A stretch of DNA of 12,482 nt from Promethearchaeia archaeon. Its GTDB lineage: Archaea; Asgardarchaeota; Lokiarchaeia; Sigyniarchaeales; SOKP01. The position numbers and the translations under genes were made by a program. Location: assembly GCA_029856045.1 (NCBI GenBank), contig JAHQWG010000055.1, forward strand, positions 1 through 12,482, read 5' to 3'. Below, piece by piece: positions 6,575 through 12,482 of this stretch. The notes below the pieces were generated by a model, which was not told the origin of the DNA, made no database searches, and worked only from the letters and a program-made list of their open reading frames with translations. The stretch's first letter is position 1; every line of letters starts with the position of its first letter.

Positions 6575-7429
6575 TCATTTATTTACTAATATATCAACTA
6601 CAATATGATATAACCGAGGTCCGTAGCTTTTTACAACCCTATGTTCTATGAATTCACATTGATATCCATTTTGTTGAGCCACTTTATCAAATTCATCATA
6701 TAGTTCTAAATAATTATCCTTTTCTAGAACTCCTTCATAATGAATGAATGTCCCAGAATCTTTTACACATAATAATGCAGATGAAATGAAATCCTTCGGA
6801 GCAGGAAATACAGCCATTATTATTCTATCTGCCGTAATTCCGTTTTCAGCTAATTCTTTTACTTTTTCTTTACAATTACCGAAAATCGGAATAATTTTAA
6901 ATTCTAAATGATTTAATTTTACATTTTCCTTTAGATATTCAAATGCAACTGGGTTTAATTCAATACTATAAATTAATTTTGCTTCTGAATGTATTCCAAT
7001 TGGTAAAGAAAAGTATCCGATCCCTGCAAACATATCAATTATTATTTCTCCAGGTTTTACAAGTGTTGTTAAGTATTTTCTTTCATTAAGATTTCCTTTA
7101 CTGAACATAATTTTGGTAATATCAAATTTGTATAATACACCATGTTCTTTATGAATAACAATAGAATCATCTTTTCCAGCTAGAAATTCAATCTTTTCTG
7201 GAATTCGAAATTGTCCGGTAATTTTTCCTCCATAGTAATATACAGATTCCATCTTCGGATATAATTCTAGACATTTTTTTGCAATTATGAATCGTTTTTC
7301 ATATAATTCTGATAGTAATTTTAAAAGGATTATTTTTGAAATCATTTGAAAACCACGCGGTAATTTGTCCAATTCTTCTTGAGTTAATTCCGAATTCAAT
7401 GCAATTTTTAATCGATCTTTAAAATTCAT
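6575..7429 (-). CDS. taw2: Met-10+/Trm5-TYW2 family SAM-dependent tRNA enzyme, most like archaeal Taw2 (wyosine aminocarboxypropyltransferase)
   Basis: HKEHGVLYKFDITKIMFSKGNLNER, DMFAGIGYFSLPI, IELNP, ADRIIM, IHY, VKSYGPRLYHIVVD. 284 aa without the Trm5 D1 domain or NLP motif, and IMFS is the Taw2-like form. Confidence 0.8.
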   Translation of the reverse strand: MNFKDRLKIALNSELTQEELDKLPRGFQMISKIILLKLLSELYEKRFIIAKKCLELYPKMESVYYYGGKITGQFRIPEKIEFLAGKDDSIVIHKEHGVLYKFDITKIMFSKGNLNERKYLTTLVKPGEIIIDMFAGIGYFSLPIGIHSEAKLIYSIELNPVAFEYLKENVKLNHLEFKIIPIFGNCKEKVKELAENGITADRIIMAVFPAPKDFISSALLCVKDSGTFIHYEGVLEKDNYLELYDEFDKVAQQNGYQCEFIEHRVVKSYGPRLYHIVVDILVNK

Positions 7430-7471
7430 CTAATTCAAATGATTCTTTTTATTATTTAATTAATAGTAATG

Positions 7472-7496
7472 AATAATATTTTATTAGAATTTAAAA
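7472..7496 (+). promoter_or_regulatory. Putative promoter element upstream of ilvC (TATA-like TTTTATTA)
   Basis: AATAATATTTTATTAGAATTTAAAA, 22/25 identical to 8676-8700. Confidence 0.4.
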
Positions 7497-7524
7497 TTAT
7501 TAAAAAAATTGAGAGTTAATAATA

Positions 7525-8607
7525 ATGGTTAATGTTTACCATGATAAAGACGGAAATTTAGAAGATTTAAATGGAAAAATTATAGCTATTATTGGATATG
7601 GTAATCAAGGAAGAGCTCAATCTTTAAATTTAAGAGATAATGGATTAAATGTTATTATTGGAAATAAAAAAGATGAATATCGAAAAATCGCTAAGAAGGA
7701 TGGCTTTGATACATATTCCATATCAGAGATTGTATTGATGTCCGATATTTTATTTATTCTTCTTCCAGATGAGATAATGAAAGATGTGTATAAGAAAGAA
7801 ATTGAACCAAATTTAAAAGAGGGAAAGACTTTATGCTTCGCTAGTGGCTATAATATTGCATTTAATCTCATCAAACCCCCAAGTAATATTAATGTGATAA
7901 TGATTGCACCAAGAATGATTGGTATAGGTGTAAGAGAGACATTTCTCTTAAAAAAAGGCTTTTTTAGTTTTATTTGTGTACATCAAGATGCTACTGGGGA
8001 TGCAAAAAAAATATTATTGGCTTTATCTAAGGGGATCGGAACATTAATGAAAGGAGGGATTGAAATCGATATGAAGACGGAGGCAATCTTAGACCTCTTC
8101 TCAGAACAAGCTTGGGGTCCCTCAATGGGACGCTGTTTATTAACATATGTTGATACGTTAGTTGATGCAGGTTATCCTCCAGAAGCAGTATTAGTGGAAT
8201 TATACATGAGTGGGGAAATGAGCTACACATTTCAAAAAATGGCTGATATTGGGTTGATAAAGCAGGTTAATTTCCACTCTCAAACCAGTCAATATGGTTC
8301 AATGAGCCGTGGCATTAAATTTAGGAAAATACCACTTAGAGAGAAGTATGACCAAATCCTTAAAGAATTAGAAAATGGGGATTTTGCTAGGGAATGGGAA
8401 GGAAAATTAGCCAAATTGAAATTTAGATTCATTAAATTCTTTGCAACAAAACAAAGAATAGCAAAGTTGGAAAAAAAAGTCAGGGCAACTTTAAATCTAA
8501 AGGATATTGATATATATGAAGAGATGCCACCATCAATCGAAGAACTTGAGGATAAGGAGAAATTATTAGCAGAATTAAAAGAATTTCAAGAATTTTATGA
8601 ATATTAA
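7525..8607 (+). CDS. ilvC: Ketol-acid reductoisomerase, class I, divergent IlvC2-type
   Basis: Rossmann IIGYGNQGRAQSLNLRDNG, LLPDE, metal ligands D190/E194 (LDLFSEQ), GYPPEAVLVE, SQTSQYG, GDFAREW. Confidence 0.9.
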   Translation: MVNVYHDKDGNLEDLNGKIIAIIGYGNQGRAQSLNLRDNGLNVIIGNKKDEYRKIAKKDGFDTYSISEIVLMSDILFILLPDEIMKDVYKKEIEPNLKEGKTLCFASGYNIAFNLIKPPSNINVIMIAPRMIGIGVRETFLLKKGFFSFICVHQDATGDAKKILLALSKGIGTLMKGGIEIDMKTEAILDLFSEQAWGPSMGRCLLTYVDTLVDAGYPPEAVLVELYMSGEMSYTFQKMADIGLIKQVNFHSQTSQYGSMSRGIKFRKIPLREKYDQILKELENGDFAREWEGKLAKLKFRFIKFFATKQRIAKLEKKVRATLNLKDIDIYEEMPPSIEELEDKEKLLAELKEFQEFYEY

Positions 8608-8617
8608 TTTTTTTTTT
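8608..8617 (+). terminator. Oligo-T tract, putative archaeal terminator of ilvC
   Basis: T10 run directly after the TAA stop. Confidence 0.5.
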
Positions 8618-8675
8618 ATTAATTGCTAGCTTATTAAATATTCTTTATCAATTTAGCAGATTTGTAAGAATTTTT

Positions 8676-8700
8676 AATAATATTTTAATTGAAGTTAAAA
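8676..8700 (+). promoter_or_regulatory. Putative promoter element upstream of the acyl-CoA ligase (TATA-like TTTTAATT)
   Basis: AATAATATTTTAATTGAAGTTAAAA, 22/25 identical to 7472-7496. Confidence 0.4.
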
Positions 8701-8763
8701 GAATTAATTATTAGTAAAATTTTTGAAAAACAGAAAAAAATAAATGTAAAAAGTTGAAAAAAA

Positions 8764-10623
8764 ATGCCAGATTTAAAGGATTTTCACGTAGATGAAAAAA
8801 AAGTATGGTTTACTGGTGGATATTGGCCAGAAGGAGTACCTCATCAAATATATGATGTTGAAGATATATCAGTAGAACCTTTATATGAAGGATTTTTAAC
8901 TGCAGCAGATAAATATAATCTATGGGATAAAGATATTTGCATTTTTGTATTAAGTGGTCATTTAGAAAGAGTAAAATTAAGGACTTTAATAGACTATGCA
9001 AAAAGATTTGGAACTTTTCTTTATGATCTCGGTATAAGAAAAGGTGATGTTGTTGCAATTGATTTACCTAATTCTATTAATTTCGTGGTTGCATATATTG
9101 GTTGCCAGTATATCGGAGCAGTGGTTGCTGGAGTTAATCCACAATATAAACCGATGGAACTTTTACATGAATTAACTATAACTGAAGCAAAAGTATTAGT
9201 TGTAATGGACGCGTTATATGTTACAGGACCTAATCAAATATTACCTAAAACTAACATAAAGTACTTAATTTCCACAAATCTTTTAGATTTTATAACTGCA
9301 GAAGGAGAGATATTTGAAAAATTAAGAGAAGCACTCCCAGATTTTCAAAGTTCTGTTCCAGATGAAGGAGAAACTTTTAAGACATATAGAATGAAAAAAA
9401 TCATCAATGAAACTGAACCAAAAGAAATTAAAGTTGAAATTGATCCCTGGGAAGATCATGCAGTATATTTAATGACTGGCGGGACGACGGGACTTCCTAA
9501 AGCAGCAGTATTAACTCACGCAAATTTGATAACAGATTTGCAAATATTGAAACCTTGGACAAAAATTGAACCTGGAATGGTTACTATTGGAAGTATTCCC
9601 TTTTTTCATGTTTTCGGGATGACATGTGTAATGAATGCATCTTTATCAATTGGAATGATTATGCTTTTATTTCCAAAACCACCTCCAGATGACGCTTTAT
9701 GTGAAGCAATAAATCATATTGATGCTTCTGAAGGAATAATGTACACCGGAGTAGAAATGCTCTTTAAAAGATTAACAGATTTAGTTGAAGCAATGGGTGA
9801 AGATGAGTTTAAAAATAAATATGATATTTGGAAAAAAATAAAATTTGCAACTCAAGGTGCAGGACCACTTCATGATTATGTTCGAATACCTTTTGAACGT
9901 ATATTTAATTGCCCAATTCGGTCTGGTTATGGTTTAACAGAAACTTCTCCAGTCTTAAGTGTAGCTCCTTTCTGGGGAAAGAATAAAATTGGTAAGTTAG
10001 GTTTGCCTTTGCCTGGTGTAGATTGGGCAATATTTGACCCAAATAATTTTGAAGCAGGTCCTATTTGTGATGGTAGTCCAGAAAGGGGAAATTTTGGTAT
10101 TGAATATACTGGTGAGATTTGTGTTGCTGGTTCAATAATTATGAAGGGATATTTGGGAGAAGCTGGTGAAAAAGAAGATAATATAAAAATGTGGGGCGGA
10201 AAACGTTGGTTATTGACAGGAGATATTGGCTTTATGGATGAACACGGATTTGTAGAAATTAGAGATCGCAAAAAATCATTAATAAAAGTCTCAGGACATA
10301 GTGTTTTTCCAAAGGAAGTTGAAGAATTGATGGGGAAACATGAAATGGTTGATGAAATTGGGATTGCTGGCATACCAGATGAAATGACTGGAGAGGCGGT
10401 AAAAGCTTGGGTTACTCTAAAGCCAGGTTATAAGGCTGGAAAAGATATTGATTCTGAATCTTTGAAAAAATGGTGTCAAGAAAATATGGCAAAATGGAAA
10501 TCTCCAAAATATATCGAATTTCTTAGGAAATTGCCTGTAAGTATTACTGGAAAAGTTCAAAGAAGAGTATTACAAGAAAAAGATCTTGATAAATTGGAAA
10601 AAGGAAAAGAAATTAAGGGCTAA
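8764..10623 (+). CDS. fadD: Long-chain fatty acid--CoA ligase (AMP-forming, FadD/LcfA-like)
   Basis: P-loop YLMTGGTTGLPKA, IPFFHVFG, GYGLTETSP, LLTGDIG, DRKKSLIKVSG...FPKEVE, and A10 motif LPVSITGK. Confidence 0.92.
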   Translation: MPDLKDFHVDEKKVWFTGGYWPEGVPHQIYDVEDISVEPLYEGFLTAADKYNLWDKDICIFVLSGHLERVKLRTLIDYAKRFGTFLYDLGIRKGDVVAIDLPNSINFVVAYIGCQYIGAVVAGVNPQYKPMELLHELTITEAKVLVVMDALYVTGPNQILPKTNIKYLISTNLLDFITAEGEIFEKLREALPDFQSSVPDEGETFKTYRMKKIINETEPKEIKVEIDPWEDHAVYLMTGGTTGLPKAAVLTHANLITDLQILKPWTKIEPGMVTIGSIPFFHVFGMTCVMNASLSIGMIMLLFPKPPPDDALCEAINHIDASEGIMYTGVEMLFKRLTDLVEAMGEDEFKNKYDIWKKIKFATQGAGPLHDYVRIPFERIFNCPIRSGYGLTETSPVLSVAPFWGKNKIGKLGLPLPGVDWAIFDPNNFEAGPICDGSPERGNFGIEYTGEICVAGSIIMKGYLGEAGEKEDNIKMWGGKRWLLTGDIGFMDEHGFVEIRDRKKSLIKVSGHSVFPKEVEELMGKHEMVDEIGIAGIPDEMTGEAVKAWVTLKPGYKAGKDIDSESLKKWCQENMAKWKSPKYIEFLRKLPVSITGKVQRRVLQEKDLDKLEKGKEIKG

Positions 10624-10626
10624 AAA

Positions 10627-10654
10627 TTTTTATTTTTTTTTTATTATTTTTTTT
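10627..10654 (+). terminator. T-rich tract between convergent genes, putative terminator of the acyl-CoA ligase
   Basis: T5, T10 and T8 runs immediately after the stop at 10623. Confidence 0.5.
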
Positions 10655-11771
10655 AATCAATTATTTCGCCTTTTAAATTTTCAAATGCGAAATATGAAGT
10701 TGAAAATGTCTTAACATTCAACACTTCCAACACTTCAGCAATTTCATCATCATATGCTCTTGAAATTATTTCAGGTTTAAGTGTTAAATTTTTTACATTT
10801 TGAACTATTTCCAGTATTTCATTAACATCTTCTTTTAATGTTATAATGAGCTGTGTACAATCATAGATTCGTGCTTGGGTCAATATTTTTTTAGAAGTGG
10901 CGCTTCCTATTATTAATTTTATACTTAATAAATCTTCAACCTCTTCAATGTCCAATTCATCTCTTTCAAATTCAACTACAAAATATTCTCTTCCAATAGA
11001 TTCAAAATAATTTACTAATCGACGAGAAAAATTATTCCAGCCTACTATAATCACTAATCCTGATTTATTAACAAACCAACTTTTTATTCTTTCAAATGTC
11101 CATTTAGTTGACGAGAAAATATTAACATCAAATCCTTTTATCAGTTTCTTTAATCTCTCATCGAATATTCTACAATGAATAGGGCATTTTTCATTTATTT
11201 CGCGGATCCTTTTTACTAAAATAATCGCTTGTTTAACATTATTATTTACTAAAAACACTTCTCTACATTCTTTGATATTTACTAATTCTAAGGTTTCAGG
11301 TAATAAAGGGTTCCTAATAACAACAATATCTCCCGACTCCAAAAGATCTTGTACTAACTCTTCATTTTCTTCGATCATAACATATTTAATCCCTTTTTCA
11401 TTCATATATTCAATAATTCTAAGAGCCAAATGGGACCAACCAATAATCACAACATGTTTATCCATATTTTTTGCAATTTTTTCAGCAGTTAATCTCGGAT
11501 TGATTCGACTCGTGGATCTTTCAATGATAACCGTAAAAATTCCCTGACTTATAATAATTGTTCCAAATATTTGGTAAAATATTTCAAAAGTATTATCAGC
11601 ACCAAAATCTTTCATAAAAAATGTTGCTAAAAAAATATCTGTTAGAGATGCGATGGAACTATACATGAACCAATGAAATAAAAATCCTCCACCAAACCAA
11701 ACCAGTATCAGGATTAATGGTACTTTAATTTCCCCAATAAAAATACCTAATTTAACAAGCAATTTTCCCAT
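10653..11771 (-). CDS. 2-TM ion-channel-like protein with two tandem RCK (TrkA-N) domains
   Basis: TM1 aa ~17-37, short pore-helix-like segment, TM2 aa ~62-83. Two homologous Rossmann repeats start HVVIIGWSHLA and LVIIVGWNNFS and end FSSTKWTFERIK and FSTSYFAFENLK. Confidence 0.82.
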   Translation of the reverse strand: MGKLLVKLGIFIGEIKVPLILILVWFGGGFLFHWFMYSSIASLTDIFLATFFMKDFGADNTFEIFYQIFGTIIISQGIFTVIIERSTSRINPRLTAEKIAKNMDKHVVIIGWSHLALRIIEYMNEKGIKYVMIEENEELVQDLLESGDIVVIRNPLLPETLELVNIKECREVFLVNNNVKQAIILVKRIREINEKCPIHCRIFDERLKKLIKGFDVNIFSSTKWTFERIKSWFVNKSGLVIIVGWNNFSRRLVNYFESIGREYFVVEFERDELDIEEVEDLLSIKLIIGSATSKKILTQARIYDCTQLIITLKEDVNEILEIVQNVKNLTLKPEIISRAYDDEIAEVLEVLNVKTFSTSYFAFENLKGEIID

Positions 11772-11870
11772 TTTTTATCTACCTTCAATAAATGGTTATA
11801 AATAATTTAAGGTCATAATTTTAATTAAAGATATAGGATTCTTAAAATAATAAAAACCAATAAAATCTGA

Positions 11871-12482
11871 ATGATGATACAAGAGGATACAATAAAAGCG
11901 GCGGAAGTTATAAAAAAGTGCAACCGTATTGTAGTATTTACTGGAGCTGGTATTTCAACAGAATCAGGAATTCCCGATTTCCGAAATCCAGGAGGATTAT
12001 GGAGTAAATATGATCCCGATATATATGCGAATTACTTTCTATTTTTAAAAAATCCATCTCCATTTTGGACGATGCATCATGAAGTTGTTAATATGTTGAT
12101 AAAGGCTAAACCAAATCCTGCACATTACGCAATTTTTGAATTAGAAAAAATGAGGAAATTAAAGGCCATCATCACACAGAATGTCGATATGCTTCATCAA
12201 AGAGCAGGTTCAGGAACAGTCCATAATGTCCCTATCTTTGAATTGCATGGAGCATTTGGTGATTTATATTGTATGGAATGTGATAAAAAATATAATCACG
12301 ATGAAATTAAAGGTCTTTTAACAAAAGAGGAAAAAATTGTGCCATATTGCGAATGTGGCGGAGTTATTAAACCAACAACAATCTTATTTGGAGAACAGCT
12401 TCCTTCAAAAGTTTTATCTGGTGCTCTTAATGCTTGTAGTAATTGTGATTGTTTTTTAATGATTGGAAGTTCCCTACTTGTT
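11871..12482 (+). CDS. cobB: NAD-dependent protein deacylase, Sir2/CobB family, 3'-truncated by the window edge
   Basis: Manual translation gives 204 open codons: MMIQEDTIKAAEVIKKCNRIVVFTGAGISTESGIPDFRNPGGLW...PNPAH...ITQNVDMLHQRAG...ELHG...CMEC...CECGG...LFGE...IGSSLLV. Confidence 0.96.
   Translation, partial: MMIQEDTIKAAEVIKKCNRIVVFTGAGISTESGIPDFRNPGGLWSKYDPDIYANYFLFLKNPSPFWTMHHEVVNMLIKAKPNPAHYAIFELEKMRKLKAIITQNVDMLHQRAGSGTVHNVPIFELHGAFGDLYCMECDKKYNHDEIKGLLTKEEKIVPYCECGGVIKPTTILFGEQLPSKVLSGALNACSNCDCFLMIGSSLLV

Noticed and set aside
6488-6577. TGA read-through fusing taw2 to the in-frame GIFT-RHH gene
   Set aside because: The 87-nt gap is in frame but contains a further TGA and a TAA, and Taw2 ends at its normal C-terminus.
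8027-11547. Antisense ORFs 8027..8230, 8810..9058, 9927..10373 and 11272..11547
   Set aside because: All lie opposite strongly supported genes and show no family motifs.
1-12482. tRNA/rRNA, CRISPR array, transposase, integrase or defence island
   Set aside because: Intergenic gaps are at most about 160 nt and very AT-rich, with no GC-rich stems, spaced repeats or mobile-element motifs visible.

Overview
Very AT-rich, gene-dense window with 12 protein-coding genes and no tRNA, rRNA, CRISPR array or mobile element that I can see. Gene content (Taw2, a Trm11-like THUMP methyltransferase, a Sulfolobus IlvC2-type KARI, TATA-like promoters, oligo-T terminators) points to an archaeon, plausibly Asgard/Lokiarchaeia (inference). 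Order: 3' part of etfA (+); 4-TM membrane protein overlapping a membrane-anchored HSL-family alpha/beta hydrolase (+); stand-alone receiver protein (+); a minus-strand cluster taw2 > GIFT-domain/ribbon-helix-helix protein > Trm11-like methyltransferase > nth; divergent ilvC (+); long-chain acyl-CoA ligase (+); 2-TM tandem-RCK channel-like protein without a K+ filter (-); and a Sir2/CobB deacylase running off the right edge (+, missing from the ORF track). The best candidate for an undescribed system is 5381..6487. It is a signal-peptide-less IFT52/GldG-like (GIFT) domain apparently fused to an RHH domain and a Lys-rich tail, translationally coupled to the methyltransferase, with a perfect 12-bp palindrome over its predicted transcription start. 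All family calls come from motif recognition by eye, not database searches.
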